Positions 9,235 through 19,430 are shown, counted from the stretch's first letter. The stretch is DNA of 64,000 nt from an uncultured Gemmatimonadales bacterium (GCA_963739455.1 CAVUAK010000001.1:224001-288000), one strand, 5' to 3'. Numbers and translations: made by a program. The notes: generated by a model not told the origin, from the letters alone.

Positions 9235-11043
9235 GTGCACAGTCACTCCCTCCGCCCGGTGCTGTTGTCGCTGGCCTGCGCCCTCTCGGCAGGTTGCGAG
9301 GCAACGACGCCGGCGGCGGGAAGCAGTACTCCGCAGGCCAACATCGCGGCGCAGGCCTTTTATCAGGCCGGCCTCGATTCCCTCGCTGTCCGTACTTCCG
9401 CACTGATCATCGCCATCGACGCCATCGATGGCTCGCCTGCCCGGGCCGACTCGGCCCGGCAGGCGTTTGTTCAGGCTCGCAACTCGTACAAGCGCATCGA
9501 GGCCCAGGCTGAGTACTACTCTGCTACGGCAGTGGAGCCGGTCAACGGTCCCTCGCTCGAGGCGGAGGAAGAAGACGATCCCCGGCTCAGCGTGGCGGCC
9601 GATGGCTTCCAGGGCGTCGAGGAAGGACTGTACCCGGAGGTAGACCCGGCCCGGCGCGATTCGCTGCTGAAGATTGCCGCGATGCTTCAGGCCCAGCTCC
9701 CTACGCTCAAGGAGTACGGCCGCCGCGTCTACATGACCGACGCCACGCTCCTCGATGCGATGCGCCAGGAACTGGTGCGCATCCAGGTACTCACCCTGTC
9801 CGGCTTTGATTCACCACTGGCGCAGCATGGGCTGGAGGAAGCAGTCGCGGCCCTCTCGGGACTTCGCGATCTCGCCTGGCTGGTGGCACCCAACGTCGCG
9901 ACAAATGAGCGTGCCGCCTTCCTCCTGGAGCTGGAGCGCACTGCACGCGCCCTCGAGGGCAGCGACTGGGACCGCTTCGACCGGCTGGGGTTCTACCGCG
10001 AGCGCGTCCCGCCACTCTCAACCGCGCTGGCGCAGTTCCGGATCGCGGCCCGCATCCCATCGCCGCCCGACGCCCGCATCTGGCGCGCAGAGGCCTCGTC
10101 GGTGTTCGAGGCTGGTGCCTTCGATCCCTACGCGCCTTCCGAGCAATGGGTGGGACGTCCCGACTCGGCCCGCATCGCCGAGGGCCGCCGGCTGTTCTTC
10201 GATGCCCGCATGTCCGGCAGCGGCGCGCGAAGCTGCAGCACCTGTCACCAGCCCGGGCGCGCCTTCACCGATGGTCTCGCGCGCAGTGCACCGCTCGCGA
10301 CATCGCCTCATGCCGTCCTGCGAAACGCGCCCACTCTCATCAACAGCGGACTGCAGACGTCGAACTTCTACGACCTGCGCACTGAGACCCTCGAAGGACA
10401 GGTCGGCGAGGTGGTGAGAAACCGGGATGAGATGCACGGCGATCCCCAGGTCAGCAGCGATACTCGGCAGGCGATCGCCGCGTACGTGCGCTCGCTCACT
10501 TCACTCAACAGCCGCTTCGATCGCTATGTCCGGGGAGAAGATGTGGAGTACACCGCCGAGGAACGCCTCGGCTTCAATCTCTTCATGGGCAAGGGCCTCT
10601 GCGGGACCTGTCACTTCGCACCACTCTTCAATGGCACCGTGCCTCCCGCCTACACCCAGACCGAGTCGGAAGTCATCGGCGTGCCGTCACGTGCGCAGAC
10701 GCGGAACGCCACCATCGACCCCGATCTGGGCCGGATCGCCATTACCCGACGTCCCACGCAGAAGCACGCGTTCAAGACCCCGACGCTTCGCAACGTCGAA
10801 CTCACCGCACCCTATATGCACAATGGGGTTTATCGAACGCTGGAGGAGGTCCTGGACTTCTACAATCGAGGCGGGGGGGTGGGGATCGGAAGCCAGGTAC
10901 CTAACCAGACACTGCCCTTCGACAAGCTGGACCTCACAATCGCAGAGCAGCGCGCGATCATCGCCTTCCTTCGCACACTGACCGACACCACTGGGCTCGG
11001 AGGCAACCTCAAGGTCGTCACTGTCGCGACAACAAAACAGTGA
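9235..11043 (+). CDS. Di-heme cytochrome c peroxidase/MauG-family lipoprotein with N-terminal imelysin-like helical domain
   Basis: CSTCH and CGTCH heme sites, RNAPTL, FKTPTLRNVELTAPYMHNG. The N-terminal region ARNSYKRIE...GFQGVEEGLY resembles imelysin. Confidence 0.85.
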   Translation: MHSHSLRPVLLSLACALSAGCEATTPAAGSSTPQANIAAQAFYQAGLDSLAVRTSALIIAIDAIDGSPARADSARQAFVQARNSYKRIEAQAEYYSATAVEPVNGPSLEAEEEDDPRLSVAADGFQGVEEGLYPEVDPARRDSLLKIAAMLQAQLPTLKEYGRRVYMTDATLLDAMRQELVRIQVLTLSGFDSPLAQHGLEEAVAALSGLRDLAWLVAPNVATNERAAFLLELERTARALEGSDWDRFDRLGFYRERVPPLSTALAQFRIAARIPSPPDARIWRAEASSVFEAGAFDPYAPSEQWVGRPDSARIAEGRRLFFDARMSGSGARSCSTCHQPGRAFTDGLARSAPLATSPHAVLRNAPTLINSGLQTSNFYDLRTETLEGQVGEVVRNRDEMHGDPQVSSDTRQAIAAYVRSLTSLNSRFDRYVRGEDVEYTAEERLGFNLFMGKGLCGTCHFAPLFNGTVPPAYTQTESEVIGVPSRAQTRNATIDPDLGRIAITRRPTQKHAFKTPTLRNVELTAPYMHNGVYRTLEEVLDFYNRGGGVGIGSQVPNQTLPFDKLDLTIAEQRAIIAFLRTLTDTTGLGGNLKVVTVATTKQ

Positions 11044-11343
11044 TCAGCGCGTGGAATTTTCGCGGCGCGGCTTGGAGCTGTGATGTAACTGCTTTGGCAT
11101 CGCTAGGTTGCGCGGCCCATGATCCGAGTTCAATCCCCACCATTCGATCGGCTCCGCCCACAGCGCGGCATACGTGCGGGCCAAGCGGATCGCCGATTCC
11201 GTCGAATAGGGCTCGCGGATCTCTTCGATCGTACCGGTCCGCGTTCCGCGCACAACGATGCCCTCGGGGAACCACTCGTCTGTAAGCATCGCCGATACTG
11301 CAGCCCGGGACTGCGTTCGTCCAGTAGCCCCGATGTAACACTC

Positions 11344-11365
11344 CCCTGTTCCCTGTTCCCTGTTC
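11344..11365. repeat. (CCTGTTC)x3 heptamer array
   Basis: CCCTGTTCCCTGTTCCCTGTTC abuts the stop codon of the 11365 gene. Confidence 0.85.
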
Positions 11366-11925
11366 TACTGCCCCACCTTCGGCATGCTTGGAAGCGGCGC
11401 AATGGCCTCGGACGCCGGGGGCGCCGGCGGACGGGCCATCGCCGTCGTACCGGTGGACCGAACCCGGCGTGGGGCAGCCTCGTGCAATGCGCTGGTGACG
11501 GCCGGCCGGTGTTGCATCGCCGTCACCGAGTCACGCAGGTGACTCACCTCTATCGAGAGCGAGTCGTACCGCAGGCGAGCCGCCGCCAGCTCGACCGCCA
11601 CCGTCGAGTCGGCTTGTCCATGCTCTTTCCGGCCCGGACGCCCGGCCACCATGCCGATGGCGAACAGGCCCGCAGCCGCAAACGCCAGAGGCACGCCTGG
11701 CCACGTGGTGAGGCCATCGAGCGGTCCTGGCTTGTCCTCGTACAGCTCACCGAACATCGGGCGCACGTCGGCGGTCCGCTTGGTGCTGGGGGCTGCCTTC
11801 GGCGTGAGTGCCCGCAGTTCCTCCAGTTCGACGCGCATGCGTGCTGACTGTCGCGCAATCTGTACGACAGCGATCACGCTCGCCGCGATGGCAGCGACCC
11901 AGAGAAGGAGACTGAAGAGATTCAT
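11365..11925 (-). CDS. Hypothetical membrane protein (2 TM, coiled coil)
   Basis: ORF starting MNLFSLLLWVAAIAASVIAVV, with a second hydrophobic segment. Confidence 0.6.
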   Translation of the reverse strand: MNLFSLLLWVAAIAASVIAVVQIARQSARMRVELEELRALTPKAAPSTKRTADVRPMFGELYEDKPGPLDGLTTWPGVPLAFAAAGLFAIGMVAGRPGRKEHGQADSTVAVELAAARLRYDSLSIEVSHLRDSVTAMQHRPAVTSALHEAAPRRVRSTGTTAMARPPAPPASEAIAPLPSMPKVGQ

Positions 11926-12043
11926 GACTCGTCCATGTCGGGAGGCCTGAAACAGCCCACCCCACAATTGACAGCCACTTCGTCACGGGAACATCGCCGC
12001 CAAGTCACACACGCATCCCACCCCAGCTGTTCCCTGGTCCGGC

Positions 12044-13210
12044 CTACGCCCTCCGCATCAGCGAAAGCACCAGCTCACTGAGGATGAGCAACACGATGAT
12101 GATCTCGAGCGCTTGCGACCGCGCCGCCACCGCCATGTCGTTCAGTGCCTCGGCCATGGTGCGGGCCAGCATCAGCTTGCGCTCCACACTCTGCCGCCAT
12201 GCCGGTTCATTCATCACGTCGAGGACAGCCCGGTAAATCCTCGCCAGGTAGATGTCATCAGTAATGCGCAGCGCGTTGGTTGCCTGCTCGATCAGGCGCG
12301 AGGTCTTTGCGGTGAGCTGGTGGACTTCCGTCACCAGCCGCTGCGAGCGGCGCGCGAACAGCGCGCCCGGGCCTACACCCATCGCCGTGGCACGGGCTTC
12401 GAGTTGCGGGACCCGGCTTTCCAGGATCGCATCGTACACTTCGAGTTCCAGCAGCTGCGCATTGGCAAACTCGATCAGGAGCTCGACGTCGTGGTCGGTG
12501 GCGTCCGGCTCCACCACAAGAGCGGCGTCGTAGGCAACGATGGTGCGGTCCAGCTGCGTGTATCGAAAGTCTCGCCCGAGCAGGCTCTCGCGCGCCGCCG
12601 GCGCCAGCGCCCGCGGCTCGCCGAGCAGAAGGCGTGGGATATCCGATTCGCCAAAGTCCCCCTCTGGTTCGCGGCTGAGCCGCAGGATGGCATACTCCTC
12701 GTTCACCGGGCTTCGATCCGGCTCCTGGATCGCCGGACCCAGCAATGACTCCACGCTGCTCACGAGCGGATCACTCCAACCCCGTGTGTCAGCCCCGTGG
12801 ATCATGTCGGCAATCACGGGTACGAGCTCCGCCCAGCTCTGCTCCGGTTTCCAGGTCAGGATGCGTCGACAGCTCACCACGCCGAAGTCGTAAACCGCGA
12901 CATGCAGCGCCTCCGACCACCCTGAGGGAGCGGCTGCCCCGGATAGGCTGGGCAGCTCCTCCGAGAAGTCGAGAATCAGGGGTGGTACCGGGATCCGGAT
13001 GCTTCCCTTGGCCTCGTTGCGACGCAGCACCGGACGACGACCCGCCCGCCCCGCCGAGCGTATCCGTGCCTCGGCGATCGCAAGATCAATGCGTTCGCCA
13101 ACGTCAACCAGCTGTGTCAGGGTGAGCATTCCCGGCGGGGCGATGGGCATCGTGTACGATAGCCACTCAGCCGAACTTGCGCGCCGGAGCCGAATCACGC
13201 CGCCCGTCAT
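12044..13210 (-). CDS. RMD1/DUF155-like protein with C-terminal TM helix
   Basis: YDFGVVS, EFANAQLLELEVYD, DIYLARIY and LEIIIVLLILSE motifs. Confidence 0.65.
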   Translation of the reverse strand: MTGGVIRLRRASSAEWLSYTMPIAPPGMLTLTQLVDVGERIDLAIAEARIRSAGRAGRRPVLRRNEAKGSIRIPVPPLILDFSEELPSLSGAAAPSGWSEALHVAVYDFGVVSCRRILTWKPEQSWAELVPVIADMIHGADTRGWSDPLVSSVESLLGPAIQEPDRSPVNEEYAILRLSREPEGDFGESDIPRLLLGEPRALAPAARESLLGRDFRYTQLDRTIVAYDAALVVEPDATDHDVELLIEFANAQLLELEVYDAILESRVPQLEARATAMGVGPGALFARRSQRLVTEVHQLTAKTSRLIEQATNALRITDDIYLARIYRAVLDVMNEPAWRQSVERKLMLARTMAEALNDMAVAARSQALEIIIVLLILSELVLSLMRRA

Positions 13211-13213
13211 CGG

Positions 13214-13591
13214 CTAGTCGCTCCCACCGATCAGGACTGAGATCTCCATGGGCGAGATGCCCTCGCTCGGGAGGTCGAGCGTGGGCGCGTGACACACGTG
13301 GTTGACCTTGACCCAATACCTGCCGGCCGGCACGTTGCGGATCGTCACCATGTAGGAATGCTCCTCCAGGTTGGCGGCGCTCTCCGCACCCTCGTAGCGC
13401 GCCACCACATGCAGGTTGATCTTCTGCCGATGGCGGTTCGCGTGTGCGCTCAACGCCCATCGGCCCATCCCCACGCTGAGGCTGCCGCGCACCACCACCG
13501 TTCCTGGTCCACCTTCCGCTCCCACACTCGGACGCCCAGTCGCTGCTGCGCCAGTCTGGCTCTGGAACTCCGTCGGAAGCCGGTGCGCCAT
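13214..13591 (-). CDS. Hypothetical small beta-sandwich protein
   Basis: Coupled to the upstream gene (TAATG). Contains YMVTIRNVPAGRYWVKVNH. Confidence 0.55.
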   Translation of the reverse strand: MAHRLPTEFQSQTGAAATGRPSVGAEGGPGTVVVRGSLSVGMGRWALSAHANRHRQKINLHVVARYEGAESAANLEEHSYMVTIRNVPAGRYWVKVNHVCHAPTLDLPSEGISPMEISVLIGGSD

Positions 13592-15696
13592 TACCAGCCC
13601 ACCGTCCAGCCGGTGAACCAGGGAACCACGTTGCCTTCGATCGGGGCACCACCCGTGTAGGTGAGCGTCGGATCGAAGAAGCCGGTGATCGGAATCGGTC
13701 CGCCGGTCGATGCCGCGCTACCGGGCATTGGACGGAAGTCGGGCGTGAGCGTCAGGAAGGGTGCGGCAAGGCCGGGGTTAGTCACGATATTGCCGAGTGA
13801 CGGGGTCAGGGCGTACGCCGCCTCATCGATGCAGTCCACATCGTCTGAGAAGTTGGGCTGTCCCTGGAAGAAGATGCTTGCCCGTACCGTGAGGCTGTCC
13901 GCTGTAAGCGCACAGCCTTGTGCCCCATCGATCTGCAGGCCGGCGCCGGAGGTGCGCAGGATGACCGCATTGCTGATCAACCCGCCGGTGCCGTGGCCAA
14001 GCAGCAGTCCCGGCGCATTCGTCTCCGTCCCCAGCGCGCCAATCACCGTGAGGTTGTAGATCGTCGGATACGTGAGGCGACGCGCCGAAGCGCTTCCGTC
14101 CGCGTTGCTCCCCAGCACCGCTGGACTGGCCGAGGCAGGCTGCTGCACGATCACGTTCTGGGCTCGGCCCTGCCATCCGTTGCTCCACCGGAGCCCGGTG
14201 CCAAGGTTGCCGGTCAGGAGCACCGCCCGGAATTCCGCACGGCCGCCCGACACGTACATCCCGTCACCGAAACTGTTGGCCACCTGGATGGTGTCCATGA
14301 CGGTGCCGCTGCCCACGCCAAGCAGCGACAGGCCCGGCGTGATGACGCCCTCTGCCGTCGCCATGCCGGCATTCTCGATCCTCACGTATCGCAGGGTGCC
14401 ACTGTTGAACCCGTCCTGGCATCCACCGTAGTAGCCAAGGTTCCCCGGCGACGCTTTCTGCGGACAGGGCTCGATCTCGTTTCCACTGCTCATGCCGTCA
14501 TTGTTGAGCACTCCAGGACCGTTGATGTTGAGCCCGCCCCAGCAGCCGGGATGCATTGATGGCGTGCAGCTGAATACCACCGGCTGCAGTCGGGTGCCGA
14601 TCGCGACGATCTTCGCGCCCCGCAGGACGGCCAGCCTGCCGGCGGTCGCGGTCTGCCCCTCGATGCGCGTCCCGGCCTCGATCGTGAGCGTCACACCGTT
14701 CTCCACGCTCACCACGCCATCGAGTTCGTAGACCGTGTCGCGTCGGAGCGTGCGATCCGCACTGATGACGCCGCTGAGTACCGCACGCAGGCCCGGCACC
14801 ACCCGGCCCGGAATCGGTCGTCCCACAATTGGTGCCGGCTGGCCCACCGACGCATTCGCGATCGCAAGGGCATCGAGCAGGTTGATCACGAACGTTCCGT
14901 TCAGCTCCCGGCCCGGCGGATTCGCATCGTCGGGCTCGCCAAGGCCTGGCAGGTTGGCCGGCTCGACGTTGGCCGCTATGACGTTGTCATTGGCCGCATT
15001 GGTGATCAGCGACTGGCTCCCGACGCCAACGTCCGCCGCCGCCAGGGCATCGAGCAGGGTGATGGAGCCGTCCAGCGTCGCGTCGCCGTAGATGGTGCCG
15101 GCGCCGGCCACGAACACGATCGACCTGGCCGGCGCCCGCTCACCGAGTTCCACTGCCCAGGCGTTGATGTCCATCATCCGGCCATCGGACCGCGGCAGTC
15201 CATTGTCCACCTCGGTCCCACCATGCACCACCAGGACGACAAGCCGTCCATCCGCCCCGACGCTCAGCGTCGGGCCCAGCCGCAGCGCGTCCGCGTAGCC
15301 CGGCGCGAGCACCCGGAAGGTCAGGACCACCATCCGCTCGGGGAGTGGCCCCAGCCCGAAAGTGATCAGCCGAAGCCGGGAGGACGGTGAGTCCTGCGTT
15401 GCTGCCATGGTGTAGCTGCCGGGTTCCACGATCTGGCCAGCGTACGCGAGCTGGCGCGAATCGAAGAGCAAGTCGGCTTCGAGCCCGCGCAGCCCACGGT
15501 CGAGGCCCCGCGCGCGAATCGCGACGGCGACCACCGCACCGACCGGCGCGGCGCGATCGGACACGACCACTTCGAGCGCAGGGGCATCCGAGGTGGCGTC
15601 AGGCTCCGGCGGCACATCCCGTCCACAACTCGCGAGTGCTATCGCGAGCAGCAGCGAGGCCAACACGCGCGGCGCGGCCAGCGCAGAATGCCTCAC
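13591..15696 (-). CDS. Lipoprotein A: cohesin-like + dockerin-like + beta-helix domain
   Basis: Lipobox LASC, then LRGLEADLLFDSRQLAY...LTFRVL, then YGDATLDGSITLLDALAAADVGVG...INLLDALAIANASVG, then YYGG...NSGTLRYVRIENAG, ending WFTGW. Confidence 0.75.
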   Translation of the reverse strand: MRHSALAAPRVLASLLLAIALASCGRDVPPEPDATSDAPALEVVVSDRAAPVGAVVAVAIRARGLDRGLRGLEADLLFDSRQLAYAGQIVEPGSYTMAATQDSPSSRLRLITFGLGPLPERMVVLTFRVLAPGYADALRLGPTLSVGADGRLVVLVVHGGTEVDNGLPRSDGRMMDINAWAVELGERAPARSIVFVAGAGTIYGDATLDGSITLLDALAAADVGVGSQSLITNAANDNVIAANVEPANLPGLGEPDDANPPGRELNGTFVINLLDALAIANASVGQPAPIVGRPIPGRVVPGLRAVLSGVISADRTLRRDTVYELDGVVSVENGVTLTIEAGTRIEGQTATAGRLAVLRGAKIVAIGTRLQPVVFSCTPSMHPGCWGGLNINGPGVLNNDGMSSGNEIEPCPQKASPGNLGYYGGCQDGFNSGTLRYVRIENAGMATAEGVITPGLSLLGVGSGTVMDTIQVANSFGDGMYVSGGRAEFRAVLLTGNLGTGLRWSNGWQGRAQNVIVQQPASASPAVLGSNADGSASARRLTYPTIYNLTVIGALGTETNAPGLLLGHGTGGLISNAVILRTSGAGLQIDGAQGCALTADSLTVRASIFFQGQPNFSDDVDCIDEAAYALTPSLGNIVTNPGLAAPFLTLTPDFRPMPGSAASTGGPIPITGFFDPTLTYTGGAPIEGNVVPWFTGWTVGW

Positions 15697-16994
15697 TGGA
15701 ACGTGTCCATGTCTTCGATCCGGGTGAAATTGCCCCGCGCATCCACCACATACAGGATGATGCCGTACACGTCGGTGTACGCGATGCTGTTGCCTAGTGG
15801 CAGGTCGGGCACCTGCGTGCCGAGATAGCCGGGTGTGTTGTAGATGCCGATGTCCTGCTTGCCATCGGGCGGGCCCAGGATCCCGTCCCGCAGCACCGCC
15901 GCCACGAAGAAGCCCACCTGGTCGCCCTCCGGATCCGCAACGGAGAAGTGCGTCTTGAGTACGTCTGGGCCGTTCAGCACCGCGTTGAAATCGCTGACAC
16001 CCGGGCGTGATCCCGCCTCGTCCCGGAGCGGCTGCTCCACCGTCACCGACGTATTGCCGAAGTTGTCGTCCACCCGGAGCGAAGCGCAGCGCCCGGCGAG
16101 CTCTGCGTCCGGCAGCCCGACCTCGAACGCCCCGATGATCGTCGCCGAGTCCGCGAACCCCGTGCGCCCATCGAGCAGCCCGCCCCGCACGCGCACACCG
16201 CCAGGCAGCACTGACGCACCGTGGCAGTCCGTGATGTCCCAGTAGTAGTTGGTCAGGTTTCGGTTGGGTGAGGTGACCCGCGCAATGAAGACGCCCGCCC
16301 CGTCATGGTACGATGGGTTGAACGACAGGATGGAGGGACGCTGCGTCGGCGACGAGCAGATGGCGTTGAAGCTGACGTCGGTCCCGCCATCCTCGCTCAC
16401 GGTCACCGTGCGTGACGAACCGCCGTCGTTCACGAAGGTGCAGTTGCTGCTCACGTGCTGCAGCGAGACGGTATACGTGCCTGCCGGAAGCTCAGGGAGC
16501 AGTACCGCGGAGTTTGCGCCGACCACTCCATGTGCCTCGGCGGCGGCCCCACTCACCTGCCACACATACATGCTGTCGTTCGCGACACCAGTGGTGTTGA
16601 CGGTGATGCTCAGCGACGCACCGCACACCACGAAGAACCGGCTCAGTGCCGTGTTGGTGCCCTCCGGAATGACGAGCACATCCGTCGTGCCGTACCGGCT
16701 GCGGCATTGTGTCGGAAGGTCCTGCAGTTCGATCGAGTAGGTTGACGGCGCTACCGAGAGGATGATGGTGTCGGTCGGCGCCGCCGTGATCGTGGTGTCG
16801 AGCATCTTGAGGGTGGAAAGGTCGCGCACGTGATACCGGTACTGTTGTGCCAGCTGGGTACCCTGCGGCTTTGCCACGATGGCCAGGTACGGTGGTCCTG
16901 CCGATGATGGCTCTGCCGCGTTGCTGCACGCAGCAAGTGCCCCGGCTGTGAAAAGCAGCCGGAGCACCCGCCACATACACACTGCCTTGTTCAA
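15693..16994 (-). CDS. Lipoprotein E with repeated Cys-containing Ig-like modules
   Basis: Lipobox LAAC, and modules YSIELQDLPTQC...FVVC and YTVSLQHVSSNC...FNAIC. It overlaps gene A (GTGA). Confidence 0.7.
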   Translation of the reverse strand: MNKAVCMWRVLRLLFTAGALAACSNAAEPSSAGPPYLAIVAKPQGTQLAQQYRYHVRDLSTLKMLDTTITAAPTDTIILSVAPSTYSIELQDLPTQCRSRYGTTDVLVIPEGTNTALSRFFVVCGASLSITVNTTGVANDSMYVWQVSGAAAEAHGVVGANSAVLLPELPAGTYTVSLQHVSSNCTFVNDGGSSRTVTVSEDGGTDVSFNAICSSPTQRPSILSFNPSYHDGAGVFIARVTSPNRNLTNYYWDITDCHGASVLPGGVRVRGGLLDGRTGFADSATIIGAFEVGLPDAELAGRCASLRVDDNFGNTSVTVEQPLRDEAGSRPGVSDFNAVLNGPDVLKTHFSVADPEGDQVGFFVAAVLRDGILGPPDGKQDIGIYNTPGYLGTQVPDLPLGNSIAYTDVYGIILYVVDARGNFTRIEDMDTFQ

Positions 16995-17006
16995 CTGCGC
17001 ACTACC

Positions 17007-19430
17007 CTACCGGCCGGTCGGGGTGGACCAGCCCGTCCACCATGGCAGGCTGCCCGGGCCGGTCGCGCCCAGGTAGGTCGCCGAGACGTCGAAGAAACCG
17101 TCGTTGGGTGGCGTGGCACCGGTTGCCGTCGCCGCGGCACCGATCGGCGTGTAGTTCGCGATCGTCGTGAACGGCGACGCGATGAAGCTCGTCGTCGCAC
17201 CCGCCGGAACCGCCATGGCATTGCTCGGGTAGGTGATGGTGCCAGCCAGCCCGTAACCGGGGAGGAGGCTGTAGTCCTGCGTCCCGCCGGTGTACCCGAT
17301 CCACGTCGCTTCCAGGTCGCTGTTAGCGGCGTTCACCGTGTACTGACCACAGACCGTGCCAGGCGTCGGCAGGACTGGGTCCCCGGTGTCACCATCGCCG
17401 TTCGCCGAGTTGCCGAAGAACATGGCGTTGCGGAACGTCAGCGAATCCTTGGCGATCACCTTGCAGATATCCTGCGACAGCACCAGGCCGGCAGTTGCGC
17501 CAGCGGGCTGGTCGATATCGAGACCCGCCTTCCAGCCACCGACCAGGAAGTTGCGCAGCGTCCCGCCGGTGTTCTGGCGCAGGATGACACCCGCCGTAAC
17601 GGAGGAGGTGGTCGGGTCCGGCGCGCCCAGCAGCGTGAAGTTGTAGAGCGTCGGCGCCGAACGCGGCGCTGCTTCCGGGTCGGTCCCGTTGCCGTCGATG
17701 CCGAAGTTGTCGGCCTCGATGCCACGATCACAGCCGGTCTGGCAGCCGCGCACGATCACGAACTGCGCCTTGCCCCGGTAGCCAGCCACCCAGTCGAATC
17801 CGTCATCCTGGGTGCGGTTGATCACGAGGTGCTTCACGTTCACGGTGCCGCCGAAGAACTCGACGCCGTCATCCAGGCCGTTGTCGGTGCTTACGTAGTC
17901 GATGGTCGTTCCACTGCCGATGCCCTGCAGCGTGAGCGAGTTGCGCTCGTTCGTTGCCGTGAAGCGCGTACCGGCGTTGACGATGCGAACGTACGTCAGG
18001 CTGCCGCTGTTGTCGGCCGGGTCGTTGCCGCCGTAGGGGCCGGTGTTGCCCTCACCGGTCGGGCAGATGCCGCCCGAGCCCGCACCGCGACCGGCCTGGT
18101 CGCCCGGAACCGTCACGGCCGGACAGGCGGAGCCGTTGTTCACCGGCGCCAATCCGTTGATGTAGACACCGCCGAAGCAGCCGGCGCCGAACGGGCCACC
18201 GTTGGTGGCCGAGGCCACCGGCTCATAGCAGTTGAACTCGACCGGCTTGAGGAACGTGCCATTCGCGAAGATCTGCGAGTTGCGGTCGATCACCAGCGTG
18301 TTGCTGTCCGACAGCACCAGAGTGCCCGGCCCGATCGTGAGCTTGGCGCCGGTGACGTTGCAGACCGGGTTGGCGCCGGTCGGCTTCGGGATCACCCACA
18401 CATGCGTGGAATCCCACGTGGTGTTCACCGTGATCGGGCAGCTCACCACCTGCTCCGAGGCCAGCGCGCCGCGGCCGGCGATCTGCTTGCCGGCCACCGG
18501 ACGGGTGCCCGGGGCCACCGCTTCGTTCGCAATTTCGAGCGCGTCGATCAGGTTGATCGTGCCCGAGTTCGGGTTGCTGCAGCTCTCGAGGCCGGGACGG
18601 CAGGCACCAGCGAGGCCACCGTTGGTCGGCTGCACGTTCGCCGCCACCACCAGGTCCTTGCGTGATGCACTTCCGATGGCTCCATCAGTGCCCTGGATCG
18701 CGAACAGGTTGCCCACCGCGACGTTGCTGACATCGAGCGCATCGGCGAGGGACACGCCGCCGCTCAGGTTCACGTCACCATACTTGAGGTTGACGAGTCC
18801 CAGGTCGCCCGGGTTGGCGCTGATCGGGCCGGTCGGCCGGTAGCCGGCGTCGAGCAGCCCCTGCCAGTCCTGCACGGTGAGGATGCGGGCCGACTCCGGC
18901 ACGCTGAAGTTCCCCACTCGCACTTCCGGATCCACGTTCGCTCGCTTCACGTACAGCAGCTGCTGGCCTGCGGTGCCACCGATCTCATAGTCGAACTTGA
19001 GGCTCGCCGCGTAGTTGGCACGCGTCACTTCGAACAACAGCACCGATGCGTGCTCCGGCAATCCCGCCGGGTTCAGCACGCCCAGCCGCAGGCTGCCCTC
19101 ACGCGCCGCGGAGGCGTTGACGATCGTCGCCGTCGAGCGATCCTCCGGCTGGCCCACATAGCGGAGCGCCGCAGGACTGAAATGCAACGTGCCCTGCAGG
19201 GCGCCCAGCGACTTCCCGTCGATCTTCCCGACGCGAAGGGCCACGGCCACGCGCTGGCCGACCGGCGTATTCAGGTTCGAAACCTCGACCGCGAGGTTCA
19301 CATCCTGGCTTGACTCGGGCACCGCCGCCGGCTCGCTCGGCACGCCATGGTCGCTGTTACAGGCAGCGGCCAGGACGAGTCCGGCGGCGACCAGCGCGCG
19401 CTCGAATCGTGAGTTGAGGTGCAATCGCAT
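17007..19430 (-). CDS. Lipoprotein B: cohesin-like + dockerin-like + beta-helix domain (paralog of A)
   Basis: Lipobox AAAC, then LGALQGTLHFSPAALRY...LLFEVT, then YGDVNLSGGVSLADALDVSNVAVG...GTINLIDALEIANEAV, then YGGNDPADNSGSLTYVRI, DDGVEFFGGTVN, DDGFDW and GIEADN, ending WWTGW. Confidence 0.8.
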   Translation of the reverse strand: MRLHLNSRFERALVAAGLVLAAACNSDHGVPSEPAAVPESSQDVNLAVEVSNLNTPVGQRVAVALRVGKIDGKSLGALQGTLHFSPAALRYVGQPEDRSTATIVNASAAREGSLRLGVLNPAGLPEHASVLLFEVTRANYAASLKFDYEIGGTAGQQLLYVKRANVDPEVRVGNFSVPESARILTVQDWQGLLDAGYRPTGPISANPGDLGLVNLKYGDVNLSGGVSLADALDVSNVAVGNLFAIQGTDGAIGSASRKDLVVAANVQPTNGGLAGACRPGLESCSNPNSGTINLIDALEIANEAVAPGTRPVAGKQIAGRGALASEQVVSCPITVNTTWDSTHVWVIPKPTGANPVCNVTGAKLTIGPGTLVLSDSNTLVIDRNSQIFANGTFLKPVEFNCYEPVASATNGGPFGAGCFGGVYINGLAPVNNGSACPAVTVPGDQAGRGAGSGGICPTGEGNTGPYGGNDPADNSGSLTYVRIVNAGTRFTATNERNSLTLQGIGSGTTIDYVSTDNGLDDGVEFFGGTVNVKHLVINRTQDDGFDWVAGYRGKAQFVIVRGCQTGCDRGIEADNFGIDGNGTDPEAAPRSAPTLYNFTLLGAPDPTTSSVTAGVILRQNTGGTLRNFLVGGWKAGLDIDQPAGATAGLVLSQDICKVIAKDSLTFRNAMFFGNSANGDGDTGDPVLPTPGTVCGQYTVNAANSDLEATWIGYTGGTQDYSLLPGYGLAGTITYPSNAMAVPAGATTSFIASPFTTIANYTPIGAAATATGATPPNDGFFDVSATYLGATGPGSLPWWTGWSTPTGR

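Noticed and set aside
11044..11289. 81-aa minus-strand ORF
   Set aside because: It has no recognisable motif or RBS. It may be a remnant but cannot be supported.
11982..12008. GTCAC pair 22 bp apart as a Pho box
   Set aside because: The middle half-site is poor and the orientation is opposite to the neighbouring gene.
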